A stretch of 64,000 nt of DNA from Antedon mediterranea (lineage: Eukaryota; Animalia; Echinodermata). Positions 1-12,545 of this stretch are shown one piece after another. The stretch spans positions 2,041,812-2,105,811 of the forward strand of contig NC_092675.1 in assembly GCF_964355755.1 (NCBI RefSeq), written 5' to 3'. Position 1 is the first letter of the stretch. Each line of letters starts with the position of its first letter. The position numbers and the translations under genes are program-made. The notes under the pieces were generated by a model. That model saw only the letters and a list, made by a program, of their open reading frames with translations, was not told the origin of the DNA and did no database searches.

Positions 1-227
1 TTTTTTTTCCTAACTGCTTCTTGTACTTTCTTGTTTATGTTAGAAAGGTTTTTAGAATCTATATCTTTATTACTCTTTGTGTGAAATTTTGACTTGCGTC
101 CACCACGGGTACCTCTATAATGGAAAATTCCCAAGTCTTTCAAAACACTTCCAACCGCAGTAGTAATTTTTCCAGCATATTGTCTCAGGTTAAGTAGCTT
201 TGAGTAGCTATAGTTATAGGTCAACAT
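1..227 (-). mobile_element. N-terminus of an L2/CR1-type LINE ORF running off the left edge (5' leader probably extends to ~620)
   Basis: ATG at 227 opens a frame that stays open to position 1: MLTYNYSYSKLLNLRQYAGKITTAVGSVLKDLGIFHYRGTRGGRKS... The Y..LL.LR / L..LGI / RG.RGG pattern resembles the leader found before the endonuclease of L2/CR1-group LINEs. No catalytic domain lies inside the window. Confidence 0.55.
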
Positions 228-3200
228 AGTTTACTCGTAGCAATGGTAGATTATAATAATAATATCACACCATGGAGTAACCATGATCACGCATACACCG
301 ACTCTAGGCCCTGTAAACAAATCTTCTATGCTATGCTGTCCCAAAGTTCTAAGGCAACAATAGGCTTTGCTTCACTGAACACTGCTAAGACAATAGCATG
401 CACACAGCTAGATAGGGCCTAGCTATAGCTATAAAAAAATCTTTTCTAAATCCAGTTTAGCTGATAAAAATAAGAAAAAAGAATATACAATACAATAGTT
501 GTAAGTGCTGATAACAATATTGGTAGTAAAATCACTCTCAAAATGTGTACTTAAAACCCAAAAAGCAAGATTTTAAAAGCAGAATGGGAGTAACACTGTC
601 AAGCGCCTCTGGCAGCCAGTACTTACTTACTAATAATATTCACGTATAAATAGAATAATGTAATGTATCTTGTCATGGGCTACACGATAAAGATAAAGAC
701 AGGCTTTCCAAATGAAATAATATTGTATCAACAACTGCAGCTTGTGAAGCAATGTCACTGCCAAGGAAACACTTCTTGAGTATACTCGACAGATGTGTGG
801 TTATTTAAGACATTAACCTACAGCTTCAAACTAAGATCAAGTATCAAGTAAGTATATGTATCAAATACTGTTGATTCAATTAATTCGGAAAAATAGATTC
901 CTTAAGATAATTTCGACGTGATACCAATAATATCAGAAGGAATATGATTTAGATGTACACGAACAAAATAATTATTACAAACACGGTCATTATTTATTTT
1001 ATTTCACAGATATAGTTGTTATTGTGTGAAGTGTGTGTGTGTGGCTAATTACCTGGTAAAATTGTTTGATATCGGTCAATTTGTCACTCAATGTGGCCCA
1101 AGCCTCAGGTGTTTTCATACGAAGCAGGTGTAAAGTAGCGTACGTACGTTCTTTTCTTTATTCCAAATTTAAACTGATCTATGTTTAACGTCCACACTGT
1201 CATTAATCATAGTTTTTAACTGTAGGCTTCGTGTACTCTCATATTTGATCAGATTTCTTTGCGTTTATCCTTTTTGAAAATAATGCATTGCTTAAATAAC
1301 ATTAAAGCAGCGTTTCATACCTTTAAAGTATAGCATTACAAGGTGTTTATATTTTGCGGTGTGTTGCTTTGATTTTGATATTCCGCTACTGTGCACACTA
1401 ATTGGAAAACTTAATGTTATTTATATTTGGATATTATATTATCATGATATGAGAGATAAGAGTAGTTTATGATATAAAACTGCCTTTGAGGGAATCTGTA
1501 ACTATTTTCTTTTTCCATTTTCGTAGGAAAATTTAAACTTTTCATGCGGGAATTGGTAATGGTATTCAGTTTGGATTGAAAATAGAGCTACTATGTGAAC
1601 CACATACTTTCTGCCTATTTTTCACATCAATTTTTATATTCATCTGGTAAAATTTAAGAGTTAATCATCTTTTATAGAAAATATATTTATTGTAGGACAT
1701 TGACTCATGAAGTTTCTCCAGTACTACCTCATATAGTTTATGCCTACACACACTATGCATTATTATTTTGGTAATTATTACTAGAATGCAGCTTTTTAAG
1801 ATGTCGGTAACAGGACACATGAGACTGTCGGAGCAATGTCAATCTCAGGGACTCAAAGATCTACTAAAATTTTACTATGAAACTGTGATGTGTTAGAGAT
1901 GATTCACAATAAAACAAACCGTTAAAAATAAGCTAGTTAATACTGTGTATTAGCACATCAAAAATTAAGAAAGCCGACACTTTGTACTGTATTTTTTTAA
2001 TCAAAAAATCTCCTAAAATGTTAACTAATGGGGGATGTTGTCGTGTCTGGATCATGCGGCATATGATTTCTGATGGCTTTTTGGCAAACAAGTTGATATA
2101 TTAACAATTAAAAAACAGCAGCCTACAGTTCTAAAGCAAATATGGGAGTTGGATTCGACTTTAAATCTCTAGGTGATGGGCTATAATATAGGATACTACA
2201 TGGGAGTTGGACTTATTCTCTCTTTCTATATAATGGTAACTGGCTAGTTCGACAAGAGAGACTAGTTCAATGGCAGTTAATGACATTTTACATTACAATC
2301 TGTATTTTCCCCAGGTACCATATTACTACATTTCTGACCTATTTGCTTTTATGTGTAAATGTAACTGAATTAATCGTAAATCATAGAAGCATTCACTGAT
2401 TGTATTTCTAAGTTTTCGATAGCATAGAAAACCAAACGTTATTGAAATTATCTTTATTCCACTCTTACCAGAACATGGAAATAGTGAATGTGAAATAGGA
2501 CACTGGTTTTCTAGAATTGTCTTAACAGTTGTGATCATGAATAAATATCATATATTATTCGTATTTTAAGAAGCATTGGAAAAAACTTTGCTATAAGCAC
2601 CGCTTGTATGGCGTGAATATTAATTAGTATAACTGCCGTCTATAGGGGGTGGGCTACATCCGGTTTCGTATTTTGCTGGTCGGTATAGAGGGCAGGCTAT
2701 ATTTCCCGATAGTTAGTACAGTACAGTACAGTACATTACTACCGCTAGTGACAGTTGTGTACAGTGGAGTAACGGGTATGCTTCGCTTCGCCTGCACTAC
2801 ATCTTGGGTTGAACATTCACAAAAGATAGGCCCCGACAATATCGCTTCAGAAAGAAATCGGGTGCACCTGGCGTACGCTCCTCTTGGTCTTAAGTGGTTC
2901 GGTGTCATGCGCGTTCTTCTCCTCGAATTGAAAGTGGCAGCCGCATCCTCGTGTTTCATAAATAGCAAATATTGACTAATTACTAACACCTGTTCTTTAC
3001 ACATCAATGAACTTGATAACATTATTGTATTATCATAATTAGGAACAGGCAGTCCTACTAATAGTGAACATAGATTCAATACAGTGAATCATACGAATCA
3101 ATGAATCTATAAGACGTAAGCTGCTACAACAGACATTATTGTGACTGACTAACGGTTCAAGTCCACCTAAGTCCGTCTAACTTACAGCAGATTTACGAAC

Positions 3201-6185
3201 ACTCGTGACAAAACACGTCATAATACGAGGTCAAGTAATGTAAGGGAAAACAGTTACGTATGTTTTATACTTGAAAAGTAGGCATTAATATGTGTCATAA
3301 TGAATTCGCTAACAGTGATTCTAAAAAATGTTAGTATTACAAATGTATTAACATATTAACAGAATTGTTCTAAAATCATAAAAAGACATCCGAATAGTCC
3401 CTTCTTAAAAGTGTAATGCAAACTATGCTAACGATATTCATTACAATTGTAAATTTAAAAAACTAATGTAGTATTGGAATTCAGGACACAAGACACGAGA
3501 TCATGAATACTAGTTTTATTTCGTCATTACAATAAAAGCACAAGATGTTTTACGATAAGAATATATATAAATGAATAAATCTAATTCTTGATACACTTTA
3601 AATATGTGTTGATGAAGAAGTTGAAGTCATGCTTTCATTTCCATACTTGGTCTTATTTATTTCACATAAATTTCAGCTTTTATAAATTGACCATTATTCT
3701 AGTTAGTCAATAAAAATACATAAATAACACATAAACCATAAACTACTATCCAAAGCTGCCAACCGCAAGACAAAAAACACAAACAAGTTGATTACGGTAC
3801 TTCTTGCCTGGAACTATTTGAATTAAAATATAGCATAAAGAAATAATGTCATAATGTAAATGAATAAAGTTAATATTGTGTTATTTCAACATTTCCAAAT
3901 AAACATGAATAAGTCATAAATTAATTAAATAAACCCAATTATCTTTAATTATGCCTATTATATGTACAGAGGTGTGCATACATAAATGATTTCAACAATA
4001 TAATCTCATATCTTTGTAAAAAATACCTCATAAATGTAATAGTTTGTGTCCGTATTTCACTAACAAGACTTAGTGATATATTTCCTTTAAATAATTAGAA
4101 TTTCACTCAGTCAATCAGTACGTATTTCTATTAATTTGTATTAACTTTTTTTTTCGGTGTGTGTTTATTTAGCTTAAATTGTAAATGTGAATACAGTCAT
4201 AGTTACCTAAATATATTAAACAATGCTTTATTACAAGCAGATATAAAACACCACCACCAGTCATCATTTCTCATCGTCATAATCGCCATAATCATTATCG
4301 TCATCATCGTCATCATCATTATTATTGTATCTTAGTTGTAAACTCTTGGAGCCATTCGGTCATGTATTTATTCACTAATATACATTCACTTCACTGCATT
4401 CACAATACATGAAATATAAATAAATAAGCTTAATAGTGTTTGTCCTGACGACCAACGCCTATCTGTATGTACACCATGTACAATACAGATTACATAATTT
4501 ATATTATCAGACCAACAAACGCGATCGCCACGACTAAAATATCCAACTTCTAGTGATTTACACGTATGGTGATTGTTTAAATTTAAATATATTTACGATT
4601 GAATGACTTAGACTTCCATTTGACGATGTTTTGCTGTAACGGTATACATAGTGTTTTCTGCTAAATGATTTGTGATGCAATTCCTAAGGATGAGATTATT
4701 GTAAATGTACGTATTCTAACCGTTTTCAATTTAACCGAACGTAATTTATTTTACTGACGTTTTAAAAGCATCACCTTTGAGGTCGTGTAATAGGAATCAA
4801 TAGGGAAAAAAAGAAGATATCGAACTAAAATAATATTAATATGCTTATTAACTATTATTATGCAAGTTAATTTTAATTACATAGACGAGATGAGCACAAA
4901 GACAGATACCATGTGTTTGTTTGCAGAATTTATCCGATACATGAGTATAATTGTCATAGCGACAGTAAACATCACGAAGACTTTTTATTTTAAATGGTAA
5001 CCTCTCCAAACACTACAGTAGCCTCTTCTTCGCCAATGTGCTCCTTTGATATTTGTTTTTATAGAGGGCTAGATTTAGTTAGGCCTAACATTTAAGAGTT
5101 CGGTGCTGCTATGGTATGCAGGGAAGAGTTAAATTATGTAATTTAACTCTTCCTTGGTATGGAAAGACACGAATGCTACAGGATATTTACTCATGTCGCT
5201 AGATGCAGATTGGCAAACGTTGCGATCAAATTTCAATTTATTCATTTCAATAATATCTTTTTGATATAAATTATAGCTTTGCTAGGTATACATAAATGGA
5301 ACAATGTTTAATGCTGAAAAATATGGTTGGCTAATCAATATTACTGCCCAGAAAAAAGTAGCAGCAATCCTTAGAGCAACATAGAAAAGGAAATAACACG
5401 TCAAACACCGAATCTATCTGTCTGTACAGACAGAAGCTGATCTTCACTTTCGGGTATTATATATAACATTGTGTCAAGCTACAAGCCATTATAGCGGGCG
5501 TTGAAGGCAATATAAATACAATGAAAAGCCAATGTAAGCCGAAATTCGTGTTTATCATTTTAGGAACGAAGATAATTAAGTCTGTATGGGCTAAATCATA
5601 ACGTATGACCGCTAACGACATGCTGCAGGTATATTCACTAAATTGTCGCGTAAGTTTGATTATTAACTTATTTTCAATAAATTGATTTAATAATGTATAC
5701 CGTACTCAATTATTATTGCATGTGCCAAGAACCACCTTCTGGTATTTATACACGAGACAATGTCATTGATATTTTACCATGTGGATAATTTAGATATGTT
5801 GGTTGAAAACAAAAAGCTTATTATTAGTAGGACTACCGTATATTTTGTTTTTGAAATAAAAAAAACGTCATTAATAATGCAGTTTTATTTATCTATCGCC
5901 TTTCAAAATTGACAGTTCGTCTCAAGAGCCTTCAAAGAAAATTACAAAATAATAACGGTCACAAAATACGCCAATAAAGATGTCAACAAGTAAAACAGAC
6001 ATCTACTGCATGATTAATTATTTTAAATTTGCATTATTCTAAAACTGGTTAAAAACACAGAAGTATATTCATCGTTCTAATGTTGCGTTAGTCAAGACAG
6101 AGCTTCACATGGTAAATTATCTGTGGTATTCAAAGTAGTAGACTTACAAACTATCCATTGTTACCAACTAAACACTTTCATTTTA

Positions 6186-6340
6186 AAGTTTAGTATGCCA
6201 TCGGATTTACTAAAGCTTTTCCTACTATTTAGCTTAAAATAATACAGTCATTTAAAATTTTGAGAAGCGAGTCTGTATTTCATAATCACAAAAATGCAGC
6301 ATTTTATTCGATTGGAAAAATTGTCTATGAATAGACTACA
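6186..6340. repeat. Dispersed repeat, copy 1 (copy 2 at ~18375-18552)
   Basis: Near-identical aagtttagtatgccatcggatttactaaagcttttcctactatttagcttaaaataatacagtcatttaaaa... at both sites. Copy 2 has an internal ~20-bp insertion. Confidence 0.85.
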
Positions 6341-7724
6341 CAGACTACATTAGACCTACTTGTCTCCCGATCATCAATCTAAAAAAGTAGCTGGTTCATA
6401 AGTGAGCCTACTGTATCTACAATATTTCAAGTAAAAGGGCATATTCCATGATATGCCTACATGTAGCTTCTGCATCTGATCTGATATGATAAAACGATGA
6501 TAAGTCTATATACTTCACATGTGACGTAATACTGAACAAAACAAAAATGATTTGAAACTATTACGGTACATTATTAGAATACTAAACCATGCATTGTATC
6601 TAGCACTTACAGCATATTCAAATGCTGTTAAATACATGTAATCTACAGAAGTAGCCTTTAAAAAAATATAGACAATTCATGACGTCATACAGTGATGACG
6701 CATTAAATGATGACTTGAAAGAAGTAAAGAATTAATAGAATATTATGTACTTTATTTCAATCTTGCAGTATTCATGTAAAATTCCACAAACCATTAACGT
6801 AATGGTATATTGCCGCATTGTAGGCATGCATCTCTTTAAATATGAAATTCCAGATTTAAACAAAACTACAGTTATATAATAGAAAAAGTAGATTTAATTT
6901 CGTCTTGGCTAACTTCAACAAATAACTCACAAAATCATCATCATCACAAACGTTTTTAAAAGGTTATGTTCTGACGTGGACAGCTGAAAGGATATAAATG
7001 TATTACATGATAGCAGAACATCAATTATTGTGTATCAATCTTAACAGTCTTAAGTCAAAATGACATGAAATAAGACAGGGGACTGGATCATCGTAGACAA
7101 ATACCCAAAACATACAACGATTCGTATCTATAAAGTTCAATGAAATCATGAAATTCATTTTGTATTTGAAGATAAATTACGGAAAATACTTAACGATAAT
7201 TGCCGACAACTGCCGTTGACCTCCTGAAAACAATCATAAGGAAATACATTCAGTGATAACTCTTTTATTTAACAAAAACCTTAATTTCATATGAATAGTG
7301 TATTTATTCCCGCGGATTATATGTTTTTATTACTATAAAACTATATTAGTGTGTTGGTAATACATCTATTCGTGTTAGAATATTAATTTCAGATAATTCG
7401 ACTTATTCACTTCATATTCATGTTTTGTTCATAATTCGAAAACTATTCTAAAAGGATTTATCGACATTGAATGATATTAATTGTTTTAATGACATAGGCA
7501 ATTATACAAACAATTAAAAGAAATAACATCGATAACAACGGCTTACCCTTGATTTAAAGGAAATTAAGACGTTTAAAAAATAATATTGTTCAGAAAATTA
7601 CTATTTTCAAAAAGTAGTAACAGTTATCAATATCTACAACAAGCCTTCGTTTCAGGACGGCAGACTTAAGTGTAGGGCGAACGTTTAATCGATCAAATAC
7701 AGTCTCGACAATGAACGAAACGTC

Positions 7725-7835
7725 TATGTGACAACGATGTGGCCATATATGGACATGATGATGTCATATCACTACCATATTTTGGCATATCACGCCTTTT
7801 TTTTTGTACTAGTTGATTGTGTGGCCAAGGCTTAA
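7725..7835. mobile_element. Decayed copy of the MITE family seen at 20458-20586
   Basis: Shares gatgtcatatcactaccatattt.ggca..tca...tttttt with 20512-20555. A reverse-oriented half copy lies at ~9980-10050. Confidence 0.6.
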
Positions 7836-9579
7836 TACAGATTTATGCCAGATTAATTTTGTACAATCCGAAACGAAATTCTCTTCTAAAATGGTGAATC
7901 AAATACCGTTTAAAAACACTGAAAGCTAATATCTGAAACGAATTAATTGAAAAACGGAGAAAAATTCCAACTTGGTCTGAATAAAAGGAGGATGCTATTC
8001 CTACCAAAACGGTAAAGAGTTCTCTTCAAAAATGCAGTTTCATAAAAGCAAGTTTGTTAAAACTAATTTACAGTAGTATTACAAACAATTATTATACCAG
8101 GCTACCATATAACCTGATGGCGTTACACCTGCATACAAATAAGCTCAGCTCTATCTATGATTTACTGCTTAAAATAGTGTCTGTCAACTCGTATTCATCT
8201 AAGCAGCAATTAAAATCAAAGAAGAACATTGAATTATTATAGTTGGAATAATCTCTAACAGAAAATTTATGCAAGATTTTCACAGGACACTAGATTAATG
8301 GGATAAACTAATCTGAACGATAAATAAAAACACACACACAATGCTGTTGACAATGACATGCGACTCTTCTCAGCTTACATGCTGTATAGGCATATGGTAA
8401 AAATAATATAACACAATATTGATTAACTTATTATAATTATAACACGCCTGGAGTGTATCCTTGCCATTTAATTGGTTAATATTGTATCACGTGCCGAGTT
8501 TTCTACTTAACGGAAACTGATACGTAATTGTGAAATTTAATGGCACTATTGCACGTTCAGCCTTTTTTAAACATTGTTAGAATAATGTGCTACGTGAGGC
8601 CGCGTGCGGAAATCATGTTTTGTGCGCCGTTTATAGTCGGAGTGCTGCCTTGTTGACCTAGCTTCTTGCCTACCATGACATTGATTCAGTACGAAAACAG
8701 CGAATTAATTGAATTTTAAGTTTTAGAACAGACAATTTTTTTAATTCAAACATTCACTTTTTTATTTTATAACATTAATAAATAGTTGTATCTACTACCA
8801 TAGACTAACTCAAACTACCTTTTAAGCTATTTGAAACTGTTGAAATGTATTAGTTCAAAAGATTTACGTTTTGCGGTAATTTATTACGTCTTTGCATAGT
8901 AATTAGTATTTATACCGAGAACTGTAAAACTTTTGTTTCACATTATTCTGATATTATTAATCCATTCCTTCGCACACTTTAAAGCGATTACGTCATAATA
9001 AATGTAAATCACTAGCGGTTACCCTGAAGGGTTTTCCTAGGGTACGATTCTGAGCTTGTAATTGTAATCACGTGTCACTAACATAAAACGTTTCATAAAT
9101 CAAAATATATTAGAATTAGATGAAATACAAAGTCACAAAGAGAATGGGATTTTGATTTATAGTCAATATTTAAGCTTTCTGTTGAGATTATGCTTATTGA
9201 TATACTGTACGTAAATAAGATATTGACACAACGTATAAATCCAACACCACTACATCACTAGCGTTCATGTTATAGAGAATCGACGTATACTGTATTCATC
9301 AGTATTTTTTTACTCTTTTACATTTTTTAAAAGATGCTATTATTGATTTTATTGATTGAATAATAGACATTGTAAATAGCCTAAGTTTTTATCAACTATT
9401 TTTATCAACTAAAATGTGTTCAACCGGTGGCAGTTGTCTATATACCCTATCATTATTTTATGGGTCCTAGATTGGCTTTATCAAAAAGAAAACATTTATC
9501 ATCAAGTATATCCTTGCTATTGAATTGGTTGATTTCATATAAAATGGCGTTTGTTATTTCGTTAAATTCAATAGTCAAT

Positions 9580-9885
9580 TTTATATAACACCTATATAAA
9601 TTCCTGTCATTTGATTGGACGAATGTGGGTCACATGGCATGCAATAGTACGCACTATTCAACGATCGTTAAATAGTACTTTTTCAAATAACTAGAATTTA
9701 TTTAGATGTTATATAAAACAAATAATGAATGTTTTGTATTCGTGTAATGGTACAAATAATGGCACTTGGTGAATGATGAAAGGTTATATCAACTCGGCTT
9801 TGCCTCGTTGATATAACCTTTCATCATTCACCTCGTGCCATTATTTGTACCATTACACTCATAAACATTCATTATTTGTATAATA
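9580..9885. mobile_element. Non-autonomous element with an ~80-bp subterminal inverted repeat (Crypton-like, by inference)
   Basis: Arms at ~9718-9793 and ~9807-9879 are near-perfect reverse complements around the loop tcggctttgcctc, and are preceded by a ttgattggac motif. Confidence 0.55.
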
Positions 9886-10864
9886 TTGAATGGTTCTATT
9901 CAATGGCCAGCTCATTTTGAGATGTTGTGCCATGCGATATGCCAATAAATTATACTGAATACTCCGTATTATAACATCTAAAGCTCTGTCTATACTATCA
10001 AACTAGTAAAGTTTGATGTGCCCAAATATGGTAGTGATAGGACATTTACACGATTTACAATGTAATCCATACGAGGCACACGAGACTAAAACAATGTTGC
10101 AAAATGTAATACATAACACAACGCAATATACAGTATGTATAACGGATGTTCCTCTCTTTTACCATAACTGAATGTTTCCCTACGGCCAAGTTAGACTGGG
10201 GCCAAATTCCATATAACAATAAACGAAACATACGTTTTAACAAATGTCTTGTTAAACGACGTTTGTATTTCAGCTGATTATAAGCACGTTTTCTAGTATA
10301 TTACAATGTAAAGCCTGCAGTGAAGAAACCGTACAGCACCTTTGATTTCATTTTGATTAGAGTAGACAATTGTACACGAATTGACTGACAAGACATTTCT
10401 GAACCGATACATTCCTAATACATGATTCCATTACTGACTTAGCAATATTAAACGCCTTGAGGTTTTAGTTATAAATACGTAATAAAGTATAATACATTAG
10501 ATTGTGGTGTTAATTATTAAGACATAAAAATTGTTTTCTATTAATTACTGTAATGTACGTCAAAAGCTGCAATATCATTTAAAAAAAGTTACTTTATAAA
10601 TTGAATGTTTTTTTCATCATTTAATCATTTGAATGCAAAGTGGAGTTGGGTGTATTCTGAATCTTTCAGATTGGAAAGGAATATTAATAACCTTTCTTGT
10701 ATTTTTCTTTATATGGATTTTATATGTGTGAAATAAAAAGAATTATATTCAACCTAAAGCCGTACACAATAATACAAAAATGAAGAAAAAAAGAAAATAA
10801 GTTAGAACTTGGAATACCACCTTACTCTCTCTCACTATCGATAAAGTTTTAGGCCCACATACGT

Positions 10865-11010
10865 AAGGTTGGTTCCCACTAGGACGCAACGCAAATCATT
10901 TTACCAATCATGATATACAATGAACCATCATTCATCGCGCCGTGATTGGTCAAATTACTTGCGTTGCACTTACGTCTTTGCGTTGCGCCCCCTATAGTGA
11001 AAACCAATCT
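10865..11010. mobile_element. PIF/Harbinger-like MITE (same family as 38053-38201)
   Basis: Ends aaggttggttcccactag...tagtgaaaaccaatct, with internal gcaacgcaa/ttgcgttgc repeats and tgattggtc. Confidence 0.65.
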
Positions 11011-12134
11011 CTGCTTCCTTACATTTCTCGGATACACTTTTTGTACCGTAATTTGTTTCCTATAAATGTTCTTATTTTGTTAATGATGTTTTTCCAATTT
11101 TCAACAACAACATGTTATCTTCGCAAAACCTCGTAACCACAAAGCATAATTTTACTAAAGGAATGTATGTTACATAATACTATTATATTATGTTTTGCTT
11201 GTAAATGTGTAATGCATTCGTAAAATACCATTATTATTCCAATAAATATTTTTTACACCTGTTTGTATTGAATTTGATTACATTTAAAATGACATTAAAA
11301 GGGATTGCTTACGTTTTCTACGAATTCACAAACATATTTGGTACAATAACTCGATTTCAGAAAAAATAGATTTTGTGGAAGAATAGTGACTTTGTTTTTT
11401 TGAACATTTGAAAATTATTAGTTAATTATATTCTAAGTAGTATTTTTTTAGCAGTATAAATAAAGCACAAGCAATTAAGAAAACAGTTGTTCTTACAAAT
11501 TGAATTACTTGAATACTATTTACTATAAACACTGGGATACGCCATTAACGTCAGGTACAAAGTAACCCTAAAATAGTTTCTTATCACTACTTGAGCAACA
11601 TATGACGCCATAGGCTCATATTTAAGTGGTCGAAATGGAGCAAAACCTATTTCTTATGTCATCAAAGGCAAAACAGCTGTTTATTATGATAACAAAATAG
11701 TAAAATATTCTATTTTAGATTTCGACGATAATTATACATGATAGTTTTAAAACAGGCACAGTAAACCTGTTTACTGAATGATTATTTAAAGTGTTTGTTT
11801 TTCATGGTTGAAAACCTAATTTCAAAAGAAATTAAGAAGAAATAAGTTTCAATTCCAAGAGAATATTTTTCGGGTATTATACATAACTAATTTTATCTTC
11901 TTTAAGGGATAGTAGATAGATAGATAGATAATATTACCGTACTAAAGAAAACACGTTAGAGATTTCGCCCACCTTATGAAACAAGACTACCTAACATTAT
12001 GGCAGTAACATGAGAAGGAATAACAAGGGGCTGCATGCTCATTTCATAGTATCAGTTGGATCAAGAGGAAAGAACAGTCGATTGTCGTATGGTAAAACTA
12101 CTCCATATTTACTTATGTTGAAGACAATCTGCTT

Positions 12135-12545
12135 TGATTGCAACATCGTCCGCACCCTAAGATCAGTGAGTTCTCCGTCGATATTGACACCGTTTTCCTC
12201 TGCAGGTTGGACTTCTTCTGTGTTGTGAAAATGAAATGTATCCCTTTGTCTAACTCCTCTATCTATCTTCACTTCTTTCGAAACATCGTTGTCTTGTGCA
12301 TCCTGAACGTAGAATTTGAAATGTCTTCCAATAGGCCTATGATATGTCTTTCATCGATTTCTAAGTTTGTTTTCAATGCATCAAACACGCTCATGTTTTC
12401 AATGGAGTCGAATGCCTTTTGGTAAACCATGAATCTCAGGCAGAGTTTGAGCTGATACTTATTTGTTTTTTCAAAAAGTTGGTTTACTGATCGCAGTTTC
12501 TTAAAAACCTCATTAAGACTCGGTTGCTCTCTTTGGTCAAAGGTT
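12135..12545 (-). mobile_element. Decayed RTE-clade LINE reverse-transcriptase fragment
   Basis: Frameshifted translation FEKTNKYQLKLCLRFMVYQKAFDSIE...EVKIDRGVRQRDT...ENGVNIDGELTDLR-ADDV follows the RTE RT motif order (KAFDS, GVRQGD, LRFADD). Confidence 0.8.

Noticed and set aside
2649-3079. 108-aa and 141-aa ORFs as protein-coding genes
   Set aside because: No recognisable domain, they include a microsatellite, and there is no supporting exon chain. Kept only as a GC-rich island finding.
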